A DNA stretch of 64,000 nucleotides from Macrostomum lignano (Eukaryota): positions 10,944 through 74,943 of the forward strand of contig NIVC01003826.1 of assembly GCA_002269645.1 (NCBI GenBank), written 5' to 3'. Shown one piece after another: positions 11,888-24,777 of this stretch. Each line of letters starts with the position of its first letter. Position 1 is the stretch's first letter. The position numbers and the translations under genes are program-made. The notes below the pieces were generated by a model that made no database searches, had not been told where the DNA came from, and was given only the letters and a program-made list of their open reading frames with translations.

Positions 11888-12203
11888 GCCAGTGACATTT
11901 GACTGCCAGTGACATTTGACTGTCAGTGACATTTGCTTATCAGTGACATTTGACTGCCAGTGACACATGACTGCCAGTGACACATGACTGCCAGTGACAT
12001 TTGACTGCCAGTGACATTTGACTACCAGTGACATTTGACTGCCAGTGACATTTGACTACCAGTGACATTTGACTGCCAGTGACATTTGACTGCCAGTGAC
12101 ATTTGACTGCCAATGACACATGACTGCCAATGACACATGACTGCCAGTGACACATGACTGCCAATGACACATGACTGCCAGTGACACATGACTGCCAGTG
12201 ACA
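11888..12203. repeat. 17-bp minisatellite
   Basis: Unit GACTGCCAGTGACATTT with a GACACAT variant; about 18 copies. Confidence 0.95.
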
Positions 12204-13532
12204 GGTAGCAAGAGCAACCCATTTCATTCGATGGGCCACTGCTATCCTCAAGTAACTTTGATTCAGTCAAAATTTAGAATACTTCCAGCTTCATGAAATC
12301 CTTCAGATTTTTTTCATTATTTAGCATCTAATAATGAAGAGAATCGAGAATTTTCATTACTTTATTTTGTTTGTACGACTGAGAAAATGGTTTACAACAT
12401 AAGTAGGCTGTGCGAATTTTAATTCCTTTTGTACTAGGAACCATTATCAGAGGTTTACTATTAATCAGCTAGGGTAAACCTACTTATCAGTATAGATATT
12501 TATGTATTCTATAATATGTATGCTATATGCTTTCTTATTAGCTACAAGTACATAAGCACAGTTTCTAAGCCTAAAATACTACCGAGTACCTAGGGGCACA
12601 GATAAGCTGAAATTAATAATTCAAAAAAATTGTTTCGGTAAATGGTTGCTTAGTTAAACAAGATTAACAAGATCTCACCAATAGAAAAGTAAAGCAATTG
12701 TATATTTTCCAAATAATAGTAGTTATATTACCGACAGAAGGCAAATTATAATATCCAACTAGCACTAGAAGGCAACAGTGTTCAATGAATATCTGCGAAT
12801 ACACATTCACACATTATTATTTATATACGACTGTAGAATTCTATAACCAAATCATGCTCACAAATATGCCTACTCAAATAGTTCTCAAACAAAATAGGAG
12901 TGGACTGCAGGGCTTCAGTTGGAAAAAAGTAGAGTTGGTAACACACTTAAACTTTATAATTTATAGTTGAAAGCTTAATCTTTCTACAAATTATTAGACA
13001 CATGAAAACTGAAATAAAAGAATGCAAAATCAACAAAAGAGAAACAGCAAAATAAGAATTAAAGCAAATCATGAACAATATCAAATGAATGCAGAGAACT
13101 ACTAATGGAAGCATTTAGAAATTCACAAACGCAATGAAATACTGATTAAAGTTCTCTTGCAAGGCAGTTCAATGCAACCGTAAGAAATCCGTTTAGTAAT
13201 ATTAAATAATCAAAACTGATTTCTAACGTTTAACCGGTCTCTTGTCAAGCGAGCCATGGAGCCCTGGAAACACTCTCTGGACGGGAAAAGCTAGCCGATA
13301 AATAATCACAATGTCTAAATTTAAACTGAAAGATCACAGCGCCAATTTGACTTTCTAATCGTCAGGCACGTACGACTCTCTGCGCGTTGGGGGCCGGCCC
13401 TCATAGCTAAATATTCTAAAGCCTTCTTAACAATGTCGTCACTGTTCTAACCTGATAGCTGCAACTCCAACTTATCCATAATTCTACTCGTCCAGAACGG
13501 CTCCAGGGCTACAATGCACACACAGCATAGGC

Positions 13533-16347
13533 CTAGGCCCCGTGCCGATGGCCGAACCCTAGCGAGATGCCCGCCACCAAACAGAAGCCAATCAGAGTGG
13601 CGGCAAACTTGACGCCCTGACGACTGCGTCCGTCTTCGCCATTGCCAGCTGGTGCCAGCTCTGGCGGCAGCAGTTCTATGAATATCACATAGGCGAACGT
13701 GCCCGAGGCCAGGCCCTGCGAGTTCGGTGCGAGGGGTGGGTGCTCTGTGTTATGGAAAAGAGACGGTCCGGCATGTAAGAGTTGACAGTCTGTGGCATGC
13801 AAGAGTGATAGTCCTAACATGTAAGAGTGACAGTCTGCGGCATGTTAGAAGGACAGTCTGTGGCATGCAAGAGTGACAGTCCTAACATGCAAGAGTGACA
13901 GTCTGCGGCATGTTAGAAGGACAGTCTGTGGCATGCAAGAGTGACAGTCTGTGGCATGCAAGAGTGACAGTCTGTGGCATGCAAGAGTGACAGTCTGTGG
14001 CATGCAAGAGTGACAGTCCTAACATGTAAGAGTGACAGTCCTAACATGTAAGAGTGACAGTCCTAATATGCAAGAGTGACAGTCCTAACATGTAAGAGTG
14101 ACAGTCCTAACATGTAAGAGTGACAGTCCTAATATGCAAGAGTGACAGTCTGTGGCATGCAAGAGTGACAATCCTAACATGTAAGAGTGACAGTCCTAAC
14201 ATGTAAGAGTGACAGTCCTAATATGCAAGAGTGACAGTCTGTGGCATGCAAGAGTGACAATCCTAACATGTAAGAGTGACAGTCTGTGGCATGCAAGAGT
14301 GACAGTCTAGAATGTAAGAGCGACAGTCCAGCATGTAAGAGTGACAGTTTCAATATGAAAGAGTGACAGTCCATACATGTAATAGTGACAGCCCGGTATA
14401 CAAGAGTGATAGTCTGTGGCATGCAAGAGTGACAGTCTGTGGCATGTAAGAGTAACAGAAGACTCAGGCAGTCTAAAAGAGAAGAAAATTATGTTCAAAT
14501 TACTGCAGCAGAAATCACTAGATACTACTGTACAGTAGGATGTAAAGCTTTAGAAATCGGAATGGAGCTCAAGAGTAGAAACTTGTTCACAAGCAATAAC
14601 AAAAATGCCCCAGACAAGCCGCAAACCTGAAGCGCCGCCACTGCTCTGTGAGCGGAAATTGCCGATTCTCCAGTCTGACTGCCCACGCCAGCCTCAATAG
14701 CCAAGCCAATCGCTAAGCCGGCAGGTATTAACGCGGAGAACAGGCCAACAAGGCAAGCCTGCAGTCTGGGCGGCGCTCCGCCCCTCAGAAGGGCCACGCC
14801 AAGCGACAGGCTGCACAATGACTCGTGCATCAGCATAGCGGCTAGCAGGGTCAGCACGGTTGCGCCCGACTGGCTGACCCCGGCGCCAATGCCTTCTAAT
14901 AGGCTGTGCACGCCCATTGATAGGGTCAGCAGGATGGCGTTCATTGTGGCAGCCGGGCTTGACGAGTCTGGGCGAGGGAATGCAGTACGCGCTTTGCGGC
15001 TAGCTGGCTGTAAGTCCTATCTGTAAGCTTGTCTGTACACTGTAAGTCTGTCTGTAAGGTCGATCTATAAGCCTGTATGTACAGTCTGTCCGTAGGTCTG
15101 TCTGTAAAATTATGTCTGTAAGCCTGTCTGTAAGGCCTATCTCTAAGTTCTGTCTGTAGGCTTGTCTGTAAGGTCTGTCTGTAGGTCTGTCTGTAAGGTC
15201 TGTCTGTAGGCTTGTCTGTAAGGTCTGTCTGTAAGCCTGTCTGTAAAAGTCTGACTGTAAGATCTGTCTGTAGGTCTGTCTGTAAGGTCTGTAAAAGTCT
15301 GTCTGTAAGGTCTGTCTGTAGGTCTGTCTGTAAGGTCTGTCTGTAAGCCGGTCTGTAAGGTTTATCTGTTAGGATGTCTGTACTGTGTAAGCTTGTCTGT
15401 AAGCCCGTCTGTAAGCCTGTCTGTAAGGTTTATCTGTAAGCCTGTCCGTAAGGTGTGTCTGTAAGCCTGTCCGTAAGGTGTGTCTGTAAGCCTGTCTGTA
15501 AGCTTGTCTGTAAGGTCTGTCTGTAAGCCTGTCTGTAAAGTCTGTCTGTAAGCCTGTATATAAGCCTGTCTTGAGGAAAGTCGATCTATCAGTACAAAAA
15601 AGGCAGCTAACCAGCTCCAATGAAGAAGTCGTGATGGTGATGGCCGTGATGCTGCAGCTGGTGGTGCGACCGGTCAAAGGCGGTCTCCTCAGCGTCATTC
15701 TCGTCCTCGTCGCCGGAGTCGGCCAGCAGAGGAGCCGCGCCGCTCAATGACACCGAAGACGAATCAGCTGAAGACGGCGATGAGATCAGCTGATCACCGT
15801 TCGACATTCGTTCGCCGTTAGCTTGCCGTTGCAGCTGTCTTTTTCGCCATTGGGGCAATTGCAATTGCCGTTGCTTTTGCTGCTGCTTCTCTTTGGAAAA
15901 GCAGCAATGGCCGGAGCAGGCCCAGTGAGCGAACAGGTCCAAGGCCCAGACGGCAAAGAAGCCGGACATCAAGCTGAGCTCAGTGAGCGGCAGGTGGCTA
16001 CCCGGATACAGGCGAAGGAAACTGGCTCGAACCGAGGGTAACAGGCCGACAAAGCAGGAGGCCAGAAACACCCCGGCGCTGAAGCAACTGGCCGGGCTCA
16101 TCCAGGCCCGCAGACGGCTTCCGCCGCCGCCCCTGGACCCAGCAGTGCCAGTTCCAAGGCACCGAGCCCGGAGCGCTAGCGGCAATAATCCAGCCATTAT
16201 ATTGGCGGCAAAGATCAAAGGGATTCCAATAGCTTTGATCGTAACGTAGCCGTCGCCGGTGTCATCGTGGTTGATGTCGACGCCGGACAAAGTCGACGGC
16301 GTTGTTGAATTTGGGGCCACGGAGTGCAACTGGAATTGGCGATGCAA
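13533..16347 (-). CDS. ZIP (SLC39 subfamily II, ZIP1-3-like) metal transporter, 3 exons, start codon unresolved
   Basis: Exons about 16329/16347-15612, 15003-14627 and 13715-13533 join in frame over GT-AG introns. Motifs: SCFSAGVFLA, a His-rich loop (HHQLQHHGHHHH), TM4 HSLLEG, TM5 MHE, LQGLASGTFAYVIFIELLP. Position 16347 is TTG, not ATG. Confidence 0.9.
13780..14455. repeat. Intronic 22/23-bp minisatellite (ZIP intron 2)
   Basis: Units GACAGTCTGTGGCATGCAAGAGT and GACAGTCCTAACATGTAAGAGT. Confidence 0.95.
15010..15560. repeat. Intronic degenerate short-unit satellite (ZIP intron 1)
   Basis: Repeated CTGTCTGTAAG-type units. Confidence 0.9.
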
Positions 16348-16399
16348 TGGCCGGCTAAGGGCTCTCAGGCTCCAGGAATTGCATTTGTGAATGCTTAGC

Positions 16400-16900
16400 G
16401 GGGAATTCTTAATGGGGAATTTCTCAAATCTGGGATTTTCTCAATAGGGATTTTCTCAACGGGAAATTTCTCAAATATGGGATTTCTCAATGGAGGATTT
16501 TCTCGATTGGGGATTTTTCAAATGGAGAATTTTCTCAATGGGAAATTTCTCAAATAGGGGATTTATCAATGGGGGATTTTCTCAACGGGAAATTTCTAAA
16601 ATAGGGATTTCTCAATGGGAAATTTCTCAAATAGGGATTTCTCAATGGGAAGTTTCTCAAATAGGGATTTCTCAATGGGAAGTTTCTCAAATCGGGGATT
16701 TTTCAAAAGGGAATTTCTCAAATGAGGGATTTTCTCAATGGAGATTTTCTCAATGGGGAATTTCTCAAATGGAGATTTTTCAATAGGAAACTCTGCAAAC
16801 CAGGGATTTTCTCGATGGAGAACTTCTTAAATTGGGATGATGGGGAATTACTCAATAAGGATTTTCTCAGAGGGGGAATTTCATGAGGAATTTCTCATGA
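16400..16900. repeat. Degenerate repeat between DnaJ and ZIP
   Basis: Repeated GGGATTT(T)CTCAATG-like units. Confidence 0.8.
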
Positions 16901-17202
16901 AGGTAAAAAAATCAACCAAACCAAAATGCAAGTACCTCTATAAAAATGGCAAATCATTCAAAGATGCGGTTGAGTTTTAGTTTATGACAAAAGCTCATAT
17001 TCCGGATATATATAGCAAAACTATTGAAGTCTATGCATAAGCAAACGAACAGCAGGCATGGTGGTGGACACTGAGCTGGAACACATCTAACATTTATTAA
17101 TAATATTCAAACGGCTGGACGATAAGAATCTTTTAAAACTGCTTGATTTGACTGCAGACTGACGATATTTTTTACTAACAAAATTGCTCATTAATAAATC
17201 CA

Positions 17203-20200
17203 TTAACCCAATACAGCTTTCTTCAGGTGCCAACCAATCTCTTTCAGTTTGTCGAATAGGCTCAATTTACGGTCAGCGAGCACTCTGAGTATTGTGCTCA
17301 GCAGCTCTGAAAAGGCGAAATGTGGGGCGGTTTTAGGAGTGAGTAGAGGGGGGTTTTAGGAGTGAGTAGAGGGCGGTTTTAGGAGTGAGTAGAGGGCGGT
17401 TTTAAGAGTGAGAGGGCAGTTTTAGGAGTGAGTAGAGGGCGGTTTAAGGAGAGAGTAGAGGGCGGTTTAAGGAGTGAGTAGAGGGAGTTTTAGGAGTGAA
17501 TAGAGGGCGGTTTTAAGAGTGAGTAGAGGGTGGTTTTAAGAGTGAGTAGAGGGCGGTTTTAAGAGTGAGAGGGCAGTTTTAGGAGTGAGTAGAGGGCGGT
17601 TTTAGGAGTGAGTAGAGGGCAGTTTTAAGAGTGAGTAGAGGGTGGTTTAAGGAGTGAGTAGAGGGCGGTTTTAAGAGTGAGAGGGCAGTTTTAGGAGTGA
17701 GTAGAGGGCGGTTTAAGGAGTGAGTAGAGGGCGGTTTTAAGAGTGAGAGGGCAGTTTTAGGAGTGAATAGAGGGCGGTTTAAGGAGAGAGTAGAGGGCGG
17801 TTTAAGGAGTGAGTAGAGGGCGGTTTAAGGAGAGAGTAGAGGGCGGTTTAAGGAGTGAGTAGAGGGCGGTTTAAGGAGTGAGTACAGGGCGGTTTAAGGA
17901 GTGAGTAGAGGGCGGTTTAAGGAGTGAGTAGAGGGCGGTTTTAAGAGTGAGAGGGCAGTTTTAGGAGTGAATAGAGGGCGGTTTAAGGAGAGAGTAGAGG
18001 GCGGTTTAAGGAGTGAGTAGAGGGCGGTTTAAGGAGAGAGTAGAGGGCGGTTTAAGGAGTGAGTAGAGGGCGGTTTAAGGAGTGAGTACAGGGCGGTTTA
18101 AGGAGTGAGTAGAGGGCGGTTTAAGGAGTGAGTAGAGGGCGGTTTAAGGAGTGAGTAGAGGGCGGTTTAAGGAGTGAGTAGAGGGCGGTTTTACGAGTGA
18201 GTACAGGGCGGTTTTAGGAATGAGTACAGGGCGGTTTTAGGAATGAGTACAGGGCGGTTTTAGACATAAGCACAGGGTGGTTTTAGACATGAGTACAGGG
18301 CGGTTTTAGACATGAGTACAGGGCGGTTTTAGGAATGAGTACAGGGCGGTTTTAGACATGAGTAGACTCCTAAACTTCTCCAAAAAGTTGACTATCCTAA
18401 AACATAATTACGCAACAATGACTGCAGTGAGCAGAAGCCTCACCAGCAGTGACAGACCGCAGCACCCCGTCAACAGTTCCACCCCGATAATCGTTTGCTC
18501 CCTCCAGCTGGGCAAACTTTAGCAGCAGTTCGCGCTGTTCCTGACTTAACCGGCGAGGCGATTTGATTCTCACGTGCACAACATGATCGCCGTTGCCGTA
18601 GCCGCCGATGCGGGCGATGCCCTGGCCAGACAGGCGAATCGTATCGTGAGAGTTGGTGCCCGGCGGCAGATTAACGCTAAGCTGTTCACGGAGACCTCTG
18701 ACACTGATTGTGCCGCCTAGCACTGCCTGGCTGATGCTCACCTATAAGAGTGTAATTATGCTTCCTCCTTATAGTACAAACAAACATCGCGTCAGTTTTT
18801 GATATTGATAGGCCATCTGATAGATATCCTTCTGACTACTTGCAGTCCTATGTATGGCAAACTCTATCCATTGCAATAGCTTAGGATTCCGCTACCCTCC
18901 TCAGGTGTATTAATCAGTGGATTCCGCTACCCTCCTTAGGTGAAATTATCAGTGGATTCCGCTACCCTCCTCAGGTGTATTCATCAGTGGATTCCGCTAC
19001 CCTCCTTAGGTGAAATTATCAGTGGATTCCGCTACCCTCCTCAGGTTTATTCATCAGTGGATTCCGCTACCCTCCTCAGGTAAAATTATCAGTGGATTCC
19101 GCTACCCTCCTCAGGTTTATTCATCAGTGGATTCCGCTACCCTCCTCAGGTGTATTCATCAGTGGATTCCGCTACCCTCCTCAGGTGTATTCATCAGTAG
19201 ATTCCGCTACCCTCCTCAGGTGTATTCATCAGTGGATTACGCTACCCTCCTCAGGTGTATTCATCAGTGGATTCCGCTACCCTCCTCAGGTGTATTAATC
19301 AGTGGATTCCGCTACCCTCCTCGGGTGTATTAATCAGTGGATTCCGCTACCCTCCTCAGGTGTATTAATCAGTGGATTCCGCTACCCTCCTCAGGTGTAT
19401 TCATCAGTGGATTCCGCTACCCTCCTCGGGTGTATTCATCAGTGGATTCCGCTACCCTCCTCGGGTGTATTAATCAGTGGATTCCGCTACTCTCCTCAGG
19501 TGTATTCATCAGTGGATTCCGCTACCCTCCTCAGGTGTATTCATCAGTGGATTCCGCTACCCTCCTCGGGTGTATTAATCAGTGGATTCCGCTACCCTCC
19601 TCAGGTGTATTAATCAGTGGATTCCGCTACCCTCCTCAGGTTTATTCATCAGTGAATTCCGCTACCCTCCTCAGGTGTATTCATCAGTGGATTCCGCTAC
19701 CCTCCTCAGGTGTATTAATCAGTGGATTCAATTTGTGTTTATGCAATTCCACACCCAGCGGAATCTAATCTGGGGAATCAAACCAGGCAATAACACAGAG
19801 CTAACAAACCTCAACATCCGAATGCACATCGGCCCGGTCGCGTCGAAACCGATCGCTGGGCGTCACTTCAATTCGAGCCCAAATCTCCTCCGTGGAGCCG
19901 CCACCGACGCCGCTCAGCGGCACCCGCAGAGTCTGGCCAGATTCCACCCCGGCGGGCACAACAATCTGCAGATTGCGCCGTTGAATAGTGCGACCTTTGC
20001 CGCCGCACTCGGTGCACGGCGTGGCGGCTGCGCGCCTGGCGCCGCCGCATCTGCGACAGGTGGAGCGCATGTAGAAGGCGCCAGTTGACAGAGTCTCGTA
20101 GCCTGCCGAATGCAATTGTGTTGCAGCGGTGCGAGTGCTGCTATAGTCATTGATTGGGGCGCTTTCACAAGCTAGCAATTCCACAAACTAGCAATTCCAT

Positions 20201-22201
20201 AAACTAGAAATTCCACAAACTAAGATAGCAATTCCACAAGCTACCAATTCCACAAGCTAGCAATTCCATAAACTAGCAATTCCACAGACTAGCAATTCCA
20301 CAAACTAGCAATTCCACAGACTAGCAATTCCACAAGCTACCAATTCCACAAGCTAGCAATTCCATAAACTAGCAATTCCACAGACTAGCAATTCCACAAA
20401 CTAGCAATTCCACAGACTAGCAATTCCACAGACTAGCAATTCCACAAACTAGCAATTCCACAAACTAGCAATTCCACAAACTAGCAATTCCACAAACTAG
20501 CAATTCCACAAACTAGCAATTCCACAAACTAGCAATTCCACAAGCTAGCAATTCCACAAACTAGCAATTCCACAAACTAGCAATTCCACAAGCTAGCAAT
20601 TCCACAAACTAGCAATTCCACAAACTAGCAATTCCACAAGCTAGCAATTCCATAAACTAGCAATTCCATAAACTAGCAATTCCACAAACTAGCAATTCCA
20701 CAAACTAGCAATTCCACAAACTAGCAATTCCACAAACTAGCAATTCCATAAACTAGCAATTCCACAAACTAGCAATTCCACAAACTAGCAATTCCATAAA
20801 CTAGCAATTCCACAAACTAGCAATTCCACAAACTAGCAATTCCACAAACTAGCAATTCCACAAACTAGCAATTCCACAAACTAGCAATTCCACAAGCTAC
20901 CAATTCCACAAGCTACCAATTCCACAAACTAGCAATTCCACAGACTAGCAATTCTACAAACATAAAAAACCACAAACTATAACACGAGGCTATTATTCTG
21001 CTAAAATATTCTACTTACTCCAGCCGTTTACCCTAAAGAATGCGCTCACCTGTGCCGTTGCACTGCGGACAGTTCACAACTCTGGAGCCAGGCTCAGCGC
21101 CAGAACCGCGACACTTTCTACAGTCGCCGACAGCGTTCACCTGTACAGCCTTGACAGCGCCGCAGGCGGCCTCCTCAAAGGTGAGCCGAAGCGACATCTC
21201 TTTAGCCGGCCCGAAGCCGAATACGCTCTCGGCGAAGCCTTGTGTTGCCGAGTCATTGTTGTTGAAACCGCTGAAATCGAAGCCGGCATCGCGAAAAATT
21301 CTACGAAACAGCTCTTCGGGATCAATGGAGCCGTGGTAGCTCTCGAAACCGCCCTGCGGGTGGAGTCAGCGGGAACAACAAGTGGGAAGAATATTTGAGA
21401 ATACTGATCCCGAATCTTTGAGAATACTGATCTCGAATCTTTGAGAATACTGATCCCGAATCTTTGAGAATACTGATCTCGAATCTTTGAGAATACTGAT
21501 CCCGAATCTTTGAGAATACTGATAATGAGAATACTGATCTTTGAGAATACTGATCCCAAAAACTTAAGAGTACCAAATCCCTGAATGTTAAGAATCCCGA
21601 ATGCTGAGAATCCCATATCTGTGAACGTTGAACATCCCGAATTACTGAATGTTGAGCATCCCGAATTACTGAATGTTGAGCATCCCGAATTACTGAATGT
21701 TGAGCATCCCGAATTACTGAATGTTGAGCATTCCGAATTACTGAATGTTGAGCATCCCGAATTACTGAATGTTGAGCATCCCGAATTACTGAATGTTGAG
21801 CATCCTATGAGCATTCTATTGTCCGCACAGAAAATAGAATTTCTACAATAAGCTACCTGGAACCCGCCACTGCCTCGGCCACTAGCTGAGGCGGACTGCC
21901 CGGGACCGCCACTGCCGCCTCCAGCCATGCCGTATGCGTCATACTGCCGCCGCTTGGCCTCATCCGACAGCACCTCGTAGGCCTCCGACACTTCCTGGAA
22001 CTTCTTAGCCGCGCCTGGATCATTCTTATTAACATCCGGGTGATATTTTTTAGCCAGCTGATAATAAGCCCGTTTAATATCTTTCTGATCGGCCTGACGG
22101 CCGAGGCCCAGTACTTCGTAATAGTCGCGTTTGAACAACGCTGACGATGTGCGCAGCGAGCGGCGACACATTAATGAAAGCCATGGCACTGCGGAGCGCA
22201 T
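17203..22201 (-). CDS. dnaja3: Mitochondrial type I DnaJ/Hsp40 (DNAJA3/Tid1-like), 5 exons, 447 aa
   Basis: Exons 22201-21857, 21353-21050, 20102-19810, 18741-18444 and 17306-17203 total 1344 nt, in frame, all introns GT-AG. Features: Arg/Ser-rich presequence-like N-terminus, J domain (DYYEVLG, HPD), G/F region, four CxxCxGx motifs ([32 protein letters not shown]), C-terminal domain and SLFDKLK tail. AATAAA at about 17098-17093. Confidence 0.93.
17325..18365. repeat. Intronic 23/24-bp minisatellite (DnaJ intron 4)
   Basis: Unit GGAGTGAGTAGAGGGCGGTTTAA. Confidence 0.95.
18884..19728. repeat. Intronic 35-bp minisatellite (DnaJ intron 3)
   Basis: Unit CAGTGGATTCCGCTACCCTCCTCAGGTGTATTCAT; about 24 copies. 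Confidence 0.97.
20168..20960. repeat. Intronic 16-bp minisatellite (DnaJ intron 2)
   Basis: Unit GCAATTCCACAAACTA; about 49 copies. Confidence 0.97.
21397..21808. repeat. Two intronic minisatellites (DnaJ intron 1): 23-bp and 24-bp units
   Basis: GAGAATACTGATCCCGAATCTTT (about 21397-21560) and GAATGTTGAGCATCCCGAATTACT (about 21625-21808). Confidence 0.93.
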
Positions 22202-22555
22202 CTGCAAGCATGTTGGTACTTATTGGCTTAGAATTCTAGATATGCTATATGAAAAATGCGTTTATCTACTCTTTTCAGTAGCAAAATGAGCGTTTTTCCT
22301 CTTTATCATAGTAAAAAATATTCAATTTTTTAAAATAATTTTGTTTTTGAAGCTTTCAACAAGCAGACCCATGAAATGAGTAATTTCATTCTGTTATTTA
22401 TATAAGAAATCAATTTAAGACTGAAGATTGCAGCAAAAAAGCCTTTAAAAAACTTTAAAAAGCCACATCCAATGCGTGTGCATTGCAAGCAAGAGAGAGA
22501 AGGGGTGGCGCGCCAGGCCAATAAACAGTTGGACTTACCTCTTTCCCTCTTATGT

Positions 22556-22951
22556 CTGACTTTGACCTCTCACCTTATTGCTCTCTCATTGGCTGAACAG
22601 ATTGGGCCTGCCCCCCTAGGCCGAGTTCTGTCTGTGACTTTGACCCTCTCACCTTATTGCTCTCTCATTGGCTGAGCAAAATTGGGCCTGCCCCCCTAGG
22701 CCGAGTTCTGTTATGTGACTTTGACCCTCTCACCTTATTGCTCTCTCATTGGCTGAGCAAAATTGGGCCTGCCCCCCTAGGCCGAGTTCTGTTATGTGAC
22801 TTTGACCCTCTCACCTTATTGCTCTCTCATTGGCTGAGCCAAATTGGGCCTGCCCCCTAGGCCGAGTTCTGTTCTGTGACTTTGACCCTCTCACCTTATT
22901 GCTCTCTCATTGGCTGAGCCAAATTGGGCCTGCCCCCTAGGCCGAGTTCTG
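22556..22951. repeat. 80/81-bp tandem repeat, about 5 copies, upstream of DnaJ
   Basis: Unit TGACTTTGACCCTCTCACCTTATTGCTCTCTCATTGGCTGAGCAAAATTGGGCCTGCCCCCCTAGGCCGAGTTCTGTTATG. Confidence 0.95.
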
Positions 22952-23680
22952 TCCATCTTGCTTGTTAAGTGATTGTTGTTCACTCTTAACTCTAAATGCT
23001 CCTAAGGCCACAAACCTCAAGGAAGGAAAAGAAACTTTAGCTACCACATTAAATTTAAGTGATATTGTGTTAACAATATTAAAAAAAAATTTAAACACTG
23101 TGCAAAATTAGACAAAGCCAAAAATTATAGATTAGATACTTAAGTTAATAGGCTAGTGGTGATAAACAATATTGTTCTTTGCATAAGATGCCAATTGTAT
23201 AACTTGCAGTTGCAATGGGAGAAATGGCTTACTAGCTTAGGGTGGATACTTTACTATGTCTACCAGATTGCTAAAAAATAGATTGATAGAATTAGAGGTT
23301 GGACAAATACCTTTATTGTGCAAATGTGTGAAATTTCATGATTTTGTTTTTGTTGGGTAGGATTATTATTGTGATTGTGGAAATTATTGCCAATATCATT
23401 TGCTAATCACTAATCACTAATAAAGCTAAAAACTGAAACAAGACAAAGCTAAAAACTAAAAATAGCAGTTTTATATTTAAAATGTTTCTATCCTTGAAAA
23501 CAGTAATAAACTTTGTGCATTTTTGTTAAAGATAACAAACTTTAATTAGTAAAGAAACACAAAATTTTTTGGGATGCATTAATTTTACAAAACCCCTTAA
23601 TATAGATGTCACTAAAATGAGTTGATTTTTTGCAATAATTTAATTTATTTTGAATTCAATATGTTTATATTGATGTCTAG

Positions 23681-24776
23681 TGTAGTGAGTCGCTAGTTTA
23701 GTTAGGCGCCGCACTAGTCAGCTGTTGCCCTCGCCCTCGCCCTGGGCTTCTGTCTGCCGCTGGGCAGTTGCCTGTCCCCCCCGCCTGTCCTCTGGCTTGT
23801 CCTCTGCCCGTTTGCCTGCCTGTCTGTTTGTCCTCGTTTGCCCCCTTTTGTCTCGTTTTCTCTTTTTGCAGTGCCAAGACAGCTTGGTCTGGCCTGCCTC
23901 TGTTTCGTTCTCTGTTTGGCATCTCCAAATTTGGAGTGCCATTCCGTTTTCCGGTCCCACGGTCACGAGTGCCTTCACTTGTGGGCCTTTTCCCCTTGTC
24001 ATGTGAGTCAGTCACATGACAAGGCCTTCTTCCTTCTTCAGTCCAAAGTGCAATGATTTCATCATTGTGCGCTGGGCTCGTGTTTATGGGGAGATCACGT
24101 GCGCCCGGACCCCCCTTGCCTCCTCTGAGGCAGGGGCCGCTTGTTTGTTGCTAAAAATAGCAACAGAGTCACTTATGACTCTCAGCGGGGGCCTTTCGTG
24201 CTATGGTGCAATCGATCCTCCCTATAAATGCGGCCCCTCTCATGGCTTGGCTCAGACAAGCGTTTCTGCGTTTCCGCGTTTTTCCAGATTCATTTCTCCT
24301 CTCCGCCGTTTCGATCAGCGCGTGTGCTAAAGTTTAAACTCCAAGACTCCCGACTTTGTGCGTGACTGCCTCTGATTGTTCCTGCTATCAATTAGCAGGC
24401 CAGCTCGGATCGCCCGAAGCTAGCACTTTCGCTCTCACCCCGCACCAGCCCGGCAGGGACTGCTGACGGTGGGCACCTCTGCGCGAGAACTGCTAAATCT
24501 GCACGAAGTGCGAGTCTCTTTCTCTCGTCTTAGTTATTTGCTTCTATGAGCTCAGCACCTCACCGAAGGCTGCGACTCTGCGAAGCTGGTGGCAGCGCTA
24601 CCTACGCTACGAGAACTATTTTCTAAGAAACTGCCAACTGGAGGTCACCAACCAAGAGCCAGAAGATCTGCTAGGCCACCTCTAGATGCTATCGAGGAAA
24701 TTATATAACAACACTTCATTGGTGGCAGCGCTCCTATAGAAGGTCTCTAGACAACAGGCAAGACAACTATACTTCA
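23681..24776 (+). repeat. 5' LTR (1096 bp)
   Basis: TGTAGTGAG...ACTTCA; TATAAA at 24223-24228; roughly 98% identical to the 3' LTR by manual comparison. Confidence 0.97.
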
Positions 24777-24777
24777 T

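Noticed and set aside
21137-22207. 356-aa DnaJ ORF as listed in the track
   Set aside because: It reads through intron 1 (GT at 21856) and starts at a TTG; the spliced model restores the G/F region and zinc fingers.
23698-24330. ORFs within the LTRs (also 32812-33445)
   Set aside because: They are duplicated only because the LTR is duplicated; composition is low-complexity and no domain is recognisable.
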